Shown here: piece after piece, positions 1 to 9,380 of the stretch
How positions within the stretch are numbered: position 1 is the stretch's first letter
Layout: every line of letters begins with the position of its first letter
Source: a virus
Strand: one strand, 5' to 3'
Length of the DNA stretch: 64,000 nt
Virus record (IMG/VR): IMGVR_UViG_3300037277_000110
Coordinates: 1 to 64,000 of that record
Program-made: the position numbers and the translations under genes
Notes under the pieces: generated by a model
Told to the model about the DNA's origin: nothing
The model's input: the letters and a program-made list of their open reading frames with translations, nothing else
Databases searched by the model: none

Positions 1-79
1 AGTAAGTTAATACCTTGTGGGTATAATAGATTTCAAATAACGTTTTAATACTATATTGTTTAACCAAAAATCAAAAGTC

Positions 80-244
80 ATGAGTAAAAATGAATTAAAA
101 TTACGGACTCTTCAATTAAAGAAGAAAAGGGAAGCAAAGAAAGCTATGGTTTATGTGTATGCTTTTACCGGTTTATTTATCGGGTTCTGGGTTGTAACGG
201 CAGTTATCCGATTGGGCGAACACGCTGAAATATTCTACAGATAA
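80..244 (+). CDS. Small single-pass membrane protein (54 aa)
   Basis: ATG at 80 after an A-rich leader (ORF track starts at 56); basic N-terminus then hydrophobic VYVYAFTGLFIGFWVVTAVI. Confidence 0.6.
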   Translation: MSKNELKLRTLQLKKKREAKKAMVYVYAFTGLFIGFWVVTAVIRLGEHAEIFYR

Positions 245-318
245 GACATTATTAACCGTATTTGGAATTTACCAGGGTTCGATTCCCTGGTTCGGTTCTA
301 ACACTTAAAACTTAGATT

Positions 319-585
319 ATGAAAACTTTAGATCAATTCGAAACATTTTTAAGAGATAATATTCAGACAACCATTGAAGAAGCTAATAATAATTCTGATT
401 GTCCCGGTTATGGGATCTTAATGCCAAATTACTCTATCAATACAATGGATATTAGAAATGAAAGCATTGAAGATTCTTACAAGCTTTGTTTTATAATGGA
501 TGAGATTGAACAAGAATTCAATGTATCTATTAGTGTTTCTGATTATGATGATTTAGTCATTATGACCGAAAAATACAGCGATTAA
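319..585 (+). CDS. Acidic hypothetical early protein
   Basis: 88-aa ORF with TTAAAAC-type leader; D/E-rich. Confidence 0.6.
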   Translation: MKTLDQFETFLRDNIQTTIEEANNNSDCPGYGILMPNYSINTMDIRNESIEDSYKLCFIMDEIEQEFNVSISVSDYDDLVIMTEKYSD

Positions 586-652
586 CAATACGTCAAAGAA
601 CTTATATAAAGATACAAATTTTATTAATACACACTTTTTAATATAAAACGAT

Positions 653-1051
653 ATGAAAACTAAAGCACAAGTAATAAAAGAAAACACAGAGTTAAAAAGC
701 ATTATCAATGCTGTTATTTCAAATGTGAGTTTAGGCTCCGTAGAAGATATTAATAATCATGGCATTGATGGCGGTTATTCTGGGTTTATTTATTATTCAG
801 ATACACACCAGTTTGCAATGAAGCACAGAAAAACTATTGTTTCTATGCTGGAAAACGATGCAAATGAATTCGGCCAAGAAATTACGGAAATGGTTGCAGG
901 GTTTGGAGTATTCCGTAATAGTGCTATGGACCATGAAGATAAAAGAGAACTATACAAATATATCGGTGGTGGTAAATGTGAGCAAAGCACAATTACTAAT
1001 CTTATGGCATGGTACGCAGCTGAAAAGGTTTGTAGATTTTTTGAAGATTAA
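653..1051 (+). CDS. Conserved phage hypothetical protein (HGxxGGxSGFIYYSDT family)
   Basis: Motif NHGIDGGYSGFIYYSDT and NLMAWYAAE recalled from widespread phage early proteins. Confidence 0.65.
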   Translation: MKTKAQVIKENTELKSIINAVISNVSLGSVEDINNHGIDGGYSGFIYYSDTHQFAMKHRKTIVSMLENDANEFGQEITEMVAGFGVFRNSAMDHEDKRELYKYIGGGKCEQSTITNLMAWYAAEKVCRFFED

Positions 1052-1124
1052 CCTGTTTAACCGGTCCCCAGTCCGTAAAATTGCGAGGGCTCCCCTTGTG
1101 GGGAGTAAACAAACTTAAACATAT

Positions 1125-1262
1125 ATGAAATTAATAGCACAAAACAAAGAATTTAAGATATATTTTGACTGTACACAACAAACTTATTTAGTTTACAAAA
1201 ACGATAAGTTTTTAATTAGCAGCAAATATAAATATTCTGATGTTAAAATTTATTTAACTTAA
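1125..1262 (+). CDS. Small hypothetical protein missed by ORF track (MKLIAQNKEFKIYFDC...)
   Basis: Manual translation; TTAAAC leader; fills intergenic gap. Confidence 0.5.
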   Translation: MKLIAQNKEFKIYFDCTQQTYLVYKNDKFLISSKYKYSDVKIYLT

Positions 1263-1269
1263 ACAGACC

Positions 1270-1590
1270 ATGGAAACAAATAAAATTATTGAAGGTAATA
1301 GGCTAATAGCTGAATTTATGGGGAGCTTTGAAAATCCTAGGGATAAAGAATGGATGATCTATAACCCAAGCGGACAACCAAGAAAAAAAGATGATGCTTT
1401 ATATCATAGTTCTTTTGATTGGCTTATACCAGTAGTTGAAAAAATTGAAAAAAACACTAACAATCAAATAACTATTTTAGGAACAACTTGTAAAATCAAT
1501 AATTTCATTCATGTGTACATGTGTAATTCTAAAATAGAAGCTACTTGGCTTGCTTGCGTAGAATTTATTAAACATAAAAATATAACTTAA
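1270..1590 (+). CDS. Hypothetical protein (NRLIAEFMG...YHSSFDWLIPVVEKIE family of Bacteroidota phages)
   Basis: ORF track; recalled motif. Confidence 0.65.
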   Translation: METNKIIEGNRLIAEFMGSFENPRDKEWMIYNPSGQPRKKDDALYHSSFDWLIPVVEKIEKNTNNQITILGTTCKINNFIHVYMCNSKIEATWLACVEFIKHKNIT

Positions 1591-1626
1591 ACAGATAACA
1601 TAGTATTAACTTAAAATCAATAAATT

Positions 1627-1836
1627 ATGAAGATGATAATATTAAGTACAGAAGATTGTAAACCTGAAAACATAGGATTAAGGTATACATCAAAACAATG
1701 GGTACAAGACAGATTTGATGCCCTTGAAATTAAATCCGGACAAGTAGTTAATATATTTGTCAATGAGACTTCCTCAAAATATACTATTACAGTATTTTTT
1801 GAGGAAGTAACAAAACAACAAACGAAACTGTCGTAA
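1627..1836 (+). CDS. Hypothetical protein
   Basis: ORF track, operon context. Confidence 0.5.
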   Translation: MKMIILSTEDCKPENIGLRYTSKQWVQDRFDALEIKSGQVVNIFVNETSSKYTITVFFEEVTKQQTKLS

Positions 1837-1887
1837 TGGGTAATGTAAGTAATTTTACCGCTCCTTCGTTAAAGTACTTTCAAAAAG

Positions 1888-2193
1888 ATGAGACAATTTA
1901 TTTGTTTTTTGGCTATCCTGGTAATAGTTATTGGGATAGCTTGTAACATGAGACCTAAACAGCCAATTTACCGGATTTACTATGAATATAACCTAGTTAA
2001 AAAAATGATTTGGCATAATAAAGGGAATAGTAGTTTTATTTATGACACTATCCCATTAGATACTGTTTACAAACAAGTTAACTATGAACTTGATTCCTCT
2101 TTTCCGGTTAAAGACTGTAATCATAACTTAATAGAAGCAAGCTATAACGTTTATTATTCTGATACTGACACAATTTACAAAGAAAGGAGGTAA
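1888..2193 (+). CDS. Putative lipoprotein/exported protein
   Basis: Hydrophobic N-terminus ending IGIAC. Confidence 0.5.
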   Translation: MRQFICFLAILVIVIGIACNMRPKQPIYRIYYEYNLVKKMIWHNKGNSSFIYDTIPLDTVYKQVNYELDSSFPVKDCNHNLIEASYNVYYSDTDTIYKERR

Positions 2194-2346
2194 CTTGAAA
2201 ATAGAAAAAATTATTGCATATATTATTATTGTGATATGCGTTTTTGGCGTATTATCAATAATATACTTGTATGCATACGAGAAAAAAATAAAAGAGCAGA
2301 AACCTAAATTTATAATGTTTAATCAATACGAAAAATTAAATAAACT

Positions 2347-2619
2347 ATGAAAAAATTAATCTTTTTAATCCTAGTTACTTTTGTCGCTTGTAAAGCAATG
2401 AAAACAGCTTGCACCCTAGAAAATCGCTGGTGGGTTGTTATTGAGTACTCTAAATCGGTCAAAGTATGGACCGTGGAATCTATCGACCATAAATGTTATG
2501 GCTCATTTAGGACCTATGACAATATCAAAATAGGTGATACTATAAGAGTTATAACTATTGAGATAGGTAATGTCTCTAATTTTACACCCCCACGAGTACA
2601 AGTAATTGAAAGGAAGTAA
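2347..2619 (+). CDS. Putative lipoprotein
   Basis: MKKLIFLILVTFVAC lipobox-like signal. Confidence 0.55.
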   Translation: MKKLIFLILVTFVACKAMKTACTLENRWWVVIEYSKSVKVWTVESIDHKCYGSFRTYDNIKIGDTIRVITIEIGNVSNFTPPRVQVIERK

Positions 2620-2756
2620 CCATAATCAGGGACGTTCTACGGAAATTATTTACCAGTATGTCAAAGAACATCCCTAAAGATAATAAATTTTTTGATACGT
2701 TTTAACGTGTATCAGTGTATTTTAAATGAAATTATTAACTTAAAAATAAAGCGATT

Positions 2757-2984
2757 ATGAGAATAACTAAAATAATTCAAAGTGAAAAGTATTTCAATGT
2801 ATTTTTAAAACCTAACTTAATCGAAAGATTAGTTGGCTATAAAAATAAAGTTGAGATATTAAAAGATTCCGGACGTAAATATTTACATGGAGAAGGAACT
2901 GTTTATATTCAAAGAAATGGTAACTTTTTGAAAAACAATAGTAAAATTATGAAAGCTATTGATAATTTCAGGAGGTCATTCTAA
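2757..2984 (+). CDS. Hypothetical protein
   Basis: ORF track; coupled (TAATG) to nuclease gene. Confidence 0.5.
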   Translation: MRITKIIQSEKYFNVFLKPNLIERLVGYKNKVEILKDSGRKYLHGEGTVYIQRNGNFLKNNSKIMKAIDNFRRSF

Positions 2985-3454
2985 TGAAACTATACAATAA
3001 CCTTTTTTATATCATTTACGGGACTATCCTTTTATTCGTATTATCCCTTATTTTGTTATTTATCTCCTTTTCTTGCTCAAGGGAAGGGCAAATAACAAGG
3101 GTTATTGACGGAGATACTTTCATATTTAACTACCATACACGGGTTAGAATGGCAAATATTGATGCTCCTGAACTATCTCAACCATTTGGCCAGGAAGCTA
3201 AACAGTTTATGAAGCAATACGAGAGTCAAAGATGCACTTTAAAGACGCAAGGTAAAGACAAATACGGGCGTACCTTGGCAGTGGTATACATAAAGGGAGA
3301 AAACATAAACCTTTTAACCGTAATCAGGGGCGTTTCATGGAAATTTATGACTCATAAAAGAGAGTATTATAAGGCTCAGGAGTCAGCCCGGAGTCAAAAA
3401 TTAGGTTTATGGGCTTACCCGGCAATTGAACCATATTTATGGAGAAAGCGATAA
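2984..3454 (+). CDS. Thermonuclease (SNase-fold) with membrane anchor/lipoprotein signal
   Basis: Motifs VIDGDT, RVRMANIDAPE, DKYGRTLA, A..QKLGLW. Confidence 0.92.
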   Translation: MKLYNNLFYIIYGTILLFVLSLILLFISFSCSREGQITRVIDGDTFIFNYHTRVRMANIDAPELSQPFGQEAKQFMKQYESQRCTLKTQGKDKYGRTLAVVYIKGENINLLTVIRGVSWKFMTHKREYYKAQESARSQKLGLWAYPAIEPYLWRKR

Positions 3455-3469
3455 CTTAAAACTTAAACT

Positions 3470-3934
3470 ATGAAAAATTTTAATCCAAAAGAGTATAAAA
3501 ACGCTTGTGATTCAGCAATTATGAGCTATACAATGGCGTATCTAATTTTTAAAAGGATACCAGTTAAAAAACTGATTGTTATTACCTGCATGTTGTTTAT
3601 GTGTATGATTGGTTCCCCTCAGAACTTTAAGGAAATAGATTTCCGTGGTAAAACATCTTCTGAAGTGCCTAAACTTTGTTGTGATGGGCAGTTTATTGCC
3701 GGTCCTCATAATTGGGTTAATAAAAAAGGAGAAGAAGATCCTAATGGAGAAGAAGTGATGGTATTTAGGGGTTATGACTTTCAAAACGTCTGGTTTCAAT
3801 TTAATAAAAAAGGTATTTGCTATAAAATAATTATTAGGAATAATGTTAGCAAGCCACCGATCATATTTGACAAATCAATTATTTATAAAGTGAATTGGGA
3901 AAACGGTGTAATAGTTTATACTATTGAAAAATGA
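3470..3934 (+). CDS. Hypothetical membrane/exported protein
   Basis: ORF track; internal hydrophobic segment. Confidence 0.5.
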   Translation: MKNFNPKEYKNACDSAIMSYTMAYLIFKRIPVKKLIVITCMLFMCMIGSPQNFKEIDFRGKTSSEVPKLCCDGQFIAGPHNWVNKKGEEDPNGEEVMVFRGYDFQNVWFQFNKKGICYKIIIRNNVSKPPIIFDKSIIYKVNWENGVIVYTIEK

Positions 3935-4416
3935 GGTCAGACCTATATTTCAAGTTTTATCTTACAGAACGTCAAACAGTTATTAATACTTGCATTTACT
4001 TAAACCTATCCGAAACAGCTCTTAAATACTTAGTTGCTTCATGGGTTTATGTAACAAGTAAGAGGACTAAGGAGAACTTGTTTTGTGCTAATGATTTGAT
4101 ACCTATTGTTAAGCTTATTAATCCTGGGTATAAATACGAGCATAAAAGCCTTAAGAATGACGTAATGGACATATTAGAGCAAACCGGGTATATTAAAGTA
4201 GCATATCAAGAACAGCACCCAGGTTCTCCTAAGAAGTTCTATGAGCTTGTTTATGATAAGATCTATGAGTTCTTTAATATATCTCTTGTGTTTCATCAGG
4301 AATACGTAAAGAGGTATAAGATCAAAGGCCCATTTGGTGTGATTCCTAAGCTTAAACAGTATCCTAAAATAAAGCGTGATGTTTTACAACATATTAAGAG
4401 TTTAAAAGGGTTATGA
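3931..4416 (+). CDS. Putative winged-helix DNA-binding protein
   Basis: ...VMDILEQTGYIKV...KKFYEL resembles the recognition helix and wing of MarR/PadR-like folds. Confidence 0.4.
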   Translation: MRSDLYFKFYLTERQTVINTCIYLNLSETALKYLVASWVYVTSKRTKENLFCANDLIPIVKLINPGYKYEHKSLKNDVMDILEQTGYIKVAYQEQHPGSPKKFYELVYDKIYEFFNISLVFHQEYVKRYKIKGPFGVIPKLKQYPKIKRDVLQHIKSLKGL

Positions 4417-4591
4417 TTTAAAAGCTAAATTTGTAACAAAAAAATGGCTATTAAACTGTACCCTGAAGCTTGTATATATTGTGGAAATAAAGCATATCAT
4501 ATAAAAAAAGTGGATAAATATGAAGTGGGATTATGCTTGAAGCACTTTAAATTAACAAATAAAACAATCTTAAAAGTAATAAAATAAAATT

Positions 4592-4837
4592 ATGGCACTA
4601 TATCATGGAAGCGGAACGATTATTAGAGAGTATTTAACTCTTAAACCTAACAAAAGTATGTGTTCAGGATGTTATTGTAATGATTATAATTACGGGCTAG
4701 GTGGAGCTAAACAATGTTGGAGCTTTGAAAAAGCAAAAGTAGTAGATAAAGAAGCTTATCCTAATATTAATTGCAATGATAGTCAGAGAAAAAAGTATAA
4801 AAAAACTTTATCTTGCTATCATGGAGTAAATAAATAG
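4592..4837 (+). CDS. Cys-rich hypothetical protein
   Basis: CSGCYCNDYN...CWS pattern. Confidence 0.55.
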   Translation: MALYHGSGTIIREYLTLKPNKSMCSGCYCNDYNYGLGGAKQCWSFEKAKVVDKEAYPNINCNDSQRKKYKKTLSCYHGVNK

Positions 4838-4858
4838 TATTAACTAAAACAAAAAATT

Positions 4859-5347
4859 ATGAGACTAATTCAGATTATCATTTTACTATTTATCCCGTCA
4901 TTTGGACATAACCCATCAGTTAGTCCGAATACGGTAGTAGTAAGTAAAAGCGAAAGTAAGTTAGATTCCATACGTGTTGTGGCCATTAAAAAATGGAATA
5001 TCCGGTTTATATGTATGAATGAACTGAAACATTCTAAATTAAGCCTTGAAAATGTTAAGAAATATGTAAGGATAATGGAAATTAAGCACCCGGAAATAGT
5101 TATTAAACAGTTTATACTTGAAACCGGGTGGGGGAAGTCGTATGTTTGTCGAAAGCATAATAATCTATTCGGCTTTCGAACTAAAAGAGGATATGAAAAG
5201 TATAATCACTGGACCGAAAGTATTGAAGCGTATAAATCATTTCAGGATAGAAAGTATAAAGGAGGTAATTATTTTAGCTTCCTTAAAAAGGTGGGATATG
5301 CTGAAGCTTCAAATTACATACAGGTCTTGAAAACTATTAAAGCTTAA
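4859..5347 (+). CDS. Glucosaminidase-domain (GH73/FlgJ-like) peptidoglycan hydrolase with signal peptide
   Basis: QFILETGWGKS, NNLFG, GYAEASNY motifs. Confidence 0.85.
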   Translation: MRLIQIIILLFIPSFGHNPSVSPNTVVVSKSESKLDSIRVVAIKKWNIRFICMNELKHSKLSLENVKKYVRIMEIKHPEIVIKQFILETGWGKSYVCRKHNNLFGFRTKRGYEKYNHWTESIEAYKSFQDRKYKGGNYFSFLKKVGYAEASNYIQVLKTIKA

Positions 5348-5390
5348 TCAGGGAGTTTACACGGAAATTTAATCATTAAACTTTTATTTT

Positions 5391-6680
5391 ATGATGAAAA
5401 AACTTGAAACATTAACAAAAGAACAAGAAGACTTAATCCCAATAATCCGTCAAAAATGGCTTGATGAATTTTACAATAATCAGGAAATAGATAAACAAAA
5501 AGCTATTGAACAAATAACTTGGCTATATGAATTTTGTGGTAAAAAGAAGCCTACGATATTTTTTATGGATTCTCCATTAGGATCTCAAATAATAGCCAAT
5601 ATCTGGGCCAATATCGGGGCCAATATCTGGGACAATATCGGGGACAATATCCGGGCCAATATCCGGGACAATATCCGGGACAATATCGGGGCCAATATCT
5701 GGGCCAATATCTGGGCCAATATCCGGGACAATATCGGGGCCAATATCGGGGACAATATCTGGGCCAATATCGGGGACAATATCCGGGCCAATATCGGGGC
5801 CAATATCCGGGACAATATCGGGGCCAATATCCGGGCCAATATCGGGGCCAATATCCGGGACAATATCGGGGCCAATATCGGGGCCAATATCGGGGCCAAT
5901 ATCCGGGACAATATCCGGGCCAATATCGGGGCCAATATCCGGGACAATATCGGGGACAATATCGGGGACAATATCGGGGACAATATCGAATATAGTCAAC
6001 CTTCCTATTATGCTAACATTTCAGACTATGGATGGGTTGGATTTTATGATTATTTTCAATCATTAAGTCATTTTTCAGAATACGATTGGTCAAACTTTGT
6101 AAAATTTAAAACATTACTACAAACAGGAATATATGAATTGTTAACTTTTGAAAATGTTTGTATTGTTTCATTGAAACCAAAAGTAAAACAAGACGAAAGA
6201 AATAGACTGCATTGTGAGGATGCCCCGGCTGTTTTATTTAAAGATGAATTTGCGATGTACTTTTGGCATGGTATATTTGTTCCTGAAAAATGGATTATGA
6301 ATAAAGAGTCAATAACAAAAGAAGACATCATGAAAGAAACTAATGCTGAAAAACGTAGATGTCTTCAGGAAATACTTGGTTCTAATTATGCTAAGTTATT
6401 GGATATAGAATTAATTGATTCAGATACTGACCAATACTCATATCCAATTGAACTTTACAGGACAAAAGAAAAAGACTCGCTTATTGACGAGTTTATTTAT
6501 TTTCTTCATGTAACTTGTCCATCGACCAAAAGAGAGTATTATTTATGCGTTCCTGAATGTAAAAATTGTTGGGAAGCCAAAAGTTGGACTTTCCGGAATG
6601 AAAAGATCGAAATACGGCACGGTGACTGTGCATTAGTTAATCTTAAAAAAGAATTTAATCAACCAATTTACGAATCTTAA
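5391..6680 (+). CDS. DUF6745-like protein with internal tetrapeptide repeats
   Basis: N-terminal KLETLTKEQ...W, DSP motif, repeats, C-terminal [34 protein letters not shown]. Confidence 0.75.
   Translation: MMKKLETLTKEQEDLIPIIRQKWLDEFYNNQEIDKQKAIEQITWLYEFCGKKKPTIFFMDSPLGSQIIANIWANIGANIWDNIGDNIRANIRDNIRDNIGANIWANIWANIRDNIGANIGDNIWANIGDNIRANIGANIRDNIGANIRANIGANIRDNIGANIGANIGANIRDNIRANIGANIRDNIGDNIGDNIGDNIEYSQPSYYANISDYGWVGFYDYFQSLSHFSEYDWSNFVKFKTLLQTGIYELLTFENVCIVSLKPKVKQDERNRLHCEDAPAVLFKDEFAMYFWHGIFVPEKWIMNKESITKEDIMKETNAEKRRCLQEILGSNYAKLLDIELIDSDTDQYSYPIELYRTKEKDSLIDEFIYFLHVTCPSTKREYYLCVPECKNCWEAKSWTFRNEKIEIRHGDCALVNLKKEFNQPIYES
5595..5987 (+). repeat. About 33 tandem 12-bp units G[AC]CAATATC[GCT]GG encoding [AD]NI[GRW]
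   Basis: Directly visible; 32 full units plus GACAATATC. Confidence 0.98.
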
Positions 6681-6691
6681 AATTTAAAATT

Positions 6692-6991
6692 ATGAAACGA
6701 GACATGACAAAAAGAGTATCAAGAGTAATTGTACGTGGTGAAATAAGTAACCATTCACACATCATTACTGGTGAATGTGAAATCACAGAAGAAAATGGAG
6801 ATGTAATCATTAAAGCAGGTAAAAACTGTGCGATTAAACACTTAATAGAATCGGTATTTGTTGAAACCGGTGTAGAAAACTGGACACAAGAGCATACTGA
6901 TATACAATTAACCGAAGGTGAGTCTTACAAGTATGTACAACAGGTAGACTACAATCCATATGAAAAAGCTATTAAAAATGTACTGGATTAA
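6692..6991 (+). CDS. His-motif partner protein typically adjacent to DUF6745 genes
   Basis: GEISNHSH, EH and QxDYNP motifs. Confidence 0.6.
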   Translation: MKRDMTKRVSRVIVRGEISNHSHIITGECEITEENGDVIIKAGKNCAIKHLIESVFVETGVENWTQEHTDIQLTEGESYKYVQQVDYNPYEKAIKNVLD

Positions 6992-7611
6992 CGTTTAAAC
7001 GTCAGTTTTACACCAAGTTTTACGGAATAAAAGTTTATGTTTCCATATCTTTGATACATAAGCCCATATTCCGTATTTTTTTTGGTTATGCAGTCTAAGC
7101 CTCCACCAAATAAGAAAGCATTCATATTGCCTCCAATAGTTGCATACCCATACAAACCAGCTTTAGATACCGGCACTGGATTATTAATTATTTGTGGCAC
7201 GTATTGAGTGATTGTTTTAATTATCTCTTTAGTCATTGGGTAGTAACTCCACCTACGATCTAAAAGTGTCCCTTGAATCTTATCAGCTACATGTACATTT
7301 ATATCCTTATTCACTAAACTATCTTTATAGTCATTAATCGTAGTGTCTTTTTCCGGGATAGGCTTTGGAAGTGGTTTATAAATATAAACTATAGGCCCCT
7401 GTTTGTAAAAAGTATCGATTTTGATTGTTGGTGGTTTATGAGCTATCTTTTGAATCGAATCCCAAACCGATTTTTCAATCAATATTTTGCCTTTAGGAAT
7501 TTTGCCAGTTCTGCATTCACGCAGGAATAAAATATAGCAGCCAGCTAGGATAAGTAGTACTAAACTACCATTTTTTAATATCTTTTGAATTATATCAGAT
7601 AGTGTCTTCAT
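6988..7611 (-). CDS. Putative spanin-like lysis protein
   Basis: N-terminal TM segment, C-terminal amphipathic beta-strands; last gene of lysis cassette. Confidence 0.5.
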   Translation of the reverse strand: MKTLSDIIQKILKNGSLVLLILAGCYILFLRECRTGKIPKGKILIEKSVWDSIQKIAHKPPTIKIDTFYKQGPIVYIYKPLPKPIPEKDTTINDYKDSLVNKDINVHVADKIQGTLLDRRWSYYPMTKEIIKTITQYVPQIINNPVPVSKAGLYGYATIGGNMNAFLFGGGLDCITKKNTEYGLMYQRYGNINFYSVKLGVKLTFKR

Positions 7612-7804
7612 CAGTGGTAAATTTACTAAAGCCTTTTAAAGTGACTGTTAAAATAGTTATTCCAAAGTTGATCCATAGTTTATAGGTCTCTGAAATAGGA
7701 AGCGTCATGATTGCCGTTAAATACAATGGCATGGTGTACAAAAAAAAGTCCGATACTTTCTTCCAGTTTTTGTTATCCGGTTTGCTTAGGTTAGATGTTT
7801 TCAT
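7595..7804 (-). CDS. Putative holin
   Basis: 69 aa, two hydrophobic segments, overlaps endolysin stop; start at MKTSN. Confidence 0.6.
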   Translation of the reverse strand: MKTSNLSKPDNKNWKKVSDFFLYTMPLYLTAIMTLPISETYKLWINFGITILTVTLKGFSKFTTDEDTI

Positions 7805-8322
7805 AGTACAGATTTGCATTTAGTTAACCATTGTTCACGATCGGACAAGCCATTAAGTCCTCCATTTACCTTTTTAGTAATTCCTACGACATCATCTTTA
7901 TCGGCTAGAGCATTAAGATTACGAGTATCCCAATACCATCCGGCTGCTAACATATCGTAAGGCGGTTGGGCTAATAATTCAGGGTTAGAAAGAAAATCAA
8001 CTCCTAATGCCTTAGTAACTGCTTTGTAGTTACTTCTTCCAGTTACTTGGATAAAACTTCTTCCTCTGTAACGAGTTCCATCCCCTTTTTCAGTATTCCC
8101 CAAATCCTTCCTTCCTTCATACTCTGACCCCGAAGCTATTTCGGTTTCATATTTAAACCGGCCCGATTCATGGATTACCTGAGCCAAAAAATGAGCCAGA
8201 CGAAGATTGGTGTTTATACTGTACTTTTCAGCGACCTCGTTGATTGAATCTGTTAGTACTTTGAATTTTGCATCATAATAAATATTCCCGATGATGGCTT
8301 TTAGTTGGTCTGTTGTTATCAT
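7801..8322 (-). CDS. Endolysin, glycoside hydrolase family 19
   Basis: FLAQVIHESG, GDGTRYRGRSFIQVTGRSNY, ITKKVNGGLNGLSDR. Confidence 0.95.
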   Translation of the reverse strand: MITTDQLKAIIGNIYYDAKFKVLTDSINEVAEKYSINTNLRLAHFLAQVIHESGRFKYETEIASGSEYEGRKDLGNTEKGDGTRYRGRSFIQVTGRSNYKAVTKALGVDFLSNPELLAQPPYDMLAAGWYWDTRNLNALADKDDVVGITKKVNGGLNGLSDREQWLTKCKSVL

Positions 8323-8747
8323 TTTGGTTCTTTTATTTCTATACCTCTTGTTTGTTCTTGTTTAAATGTACCTGATATTATAAGCTTCATAACCTTTTCC
8401 TCTTCATCCTTGGCCTCTTTATATTTAAAAGTATCTCCTTCTGTTTTGGCAGAAACTTTGTCTATCTTTGCCATTAGTAGTTGTATAGGGAGATGGATAC
8501 TATTGGTTAATTCCTGTTTTGTAACATAGTTGGCTTTTATATCTGAATTATGTTGAAAAACCAACACTATTAACCATACAGTAACCCCTAGGAATCCTAA
8601 TAGTATGGTAATAGTAAGCTTATTAACCCGATCACTATATTTATCTCTACACTCCGACATTTCAGTAAATGATTTTAATCTTTCATTTAATTTGTCATTC
8701 ACAATGTCTTCAATTCTTCTTTCAAGTTCTTCATAAGTCTCTTTCAT
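8319..8747 (-). CDS. Single-pass membrane protein (lysis cassette)
   Basis: One TM segment; overlaps endolysin start. Confidence 0.6.
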   Translation of the reverse strand: MKETYEELERRIEDIVNDKLNERLKSFTEMSECRDKYSDRVNKLTITILLGFLGVTVWLIVLVFQHNSDIKANYVTKQELTNSIHLPIQLLMAKIDKVSAKTEGDTFKYKEAKDEEEKVMKLIISGTFKQEQTRGIEIKEPK

Positions 8748-8953
8748 TTTTGAGGCAGTTTACTATCAATCACATCTAATTTCCAAATCATCGAATCGAG
8801 CTTCGGCCCTATCGTATTCATCATCGAACTATCCCTGATATCAACATAGGCTTTATCAGCCTTACTCTCAGACAGCGAGCTTAACGATATTGCTATACAT
8901 ATTATCGCTACCCAAGTGATCGTATACCACAACCAGTTGTCTCTCCAATTCAT
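8744..8953 (-). CDS. Small membrane protein
   Basis: N-terminal TM segment; coupled overlaps. Confidence 0.55.
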   Translation of the reverse strand: MNWRDNWLWYTITWVAIICIAISLSSLSESKADKAYVDIRDSSMMNTIGPKLDSMIWKLDVIDSKLPQK

Positions 8954-9330
8954 TACTTTATAAATTTAGTAATCGCCACTATTATTATCATCAAACTTTC
9001 CAGCAGTATTAAAGCTCTACTAAAATTCCTTGATGTTATAACCTGTTTAAAGCTAATACAATCAAGGTTTGCTACAAAAATATTAAAGACTATAAATGTA
9101 CCCCAAAATACTACTAGCCCAAGTAAGGCTACAATCTGTAAAAAACCCTCTGTTAATGGATACATGAGTATTAAAAATACAAAAGGAGTTCCGAATATTA
9201 ACATGTAATATACTGTTCTCCAAAAATAAGGGTAGAGTATCGGCTTATCTCCATATCTCACATATATCATATATGCAGCCGCGATTAAGTATCCGACTAT
9301 CAAAATTCTGTTCAAAACTATTGCTCCCAT
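8953..9330 (-). CDS. Four-TM membrane protein
   Basis: Four hydrophobic segments. Confidence 0.65.
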   Translation of the reverse strand: MGAIVLNRILIVGYLIAAAYMIYVRYGDKPILYPYFWRTVYYMLIFGTPFVFLILMYPLTEGFLQIVALLGLVVFWGTFIVFNIFVANLDCISFKQVITSRNFSRALILLESLMIIIVAITKFIK

Positions 9331-9334
9331 AATT

Positions 9335-9379
9335 TTAAGGTTTAGGGTATTTAGGTGGTTCTTCTTCTATTGGTCCCAT
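9335..9379 (-). CDS. 14-aa peptide MGPIEEEPPKYPKP
   Basis: Manual translation; fills the gap between two membrane-protein genes. Confidence 0.4.
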   Translation of the reverse strand: MGPIEEEPPKYPKP

Positions 9380-9380
9380 A

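Noticed and set aside
5595-5987. Possible CRISPR array
   Set aside because: Contiguous 12-bp units with no unique spacers, in frame within a gene
5577-5999. Antisense ORFs (PDIG/PILA repeats)
   Set aside because: Stop-free shadows of the tandem repeat
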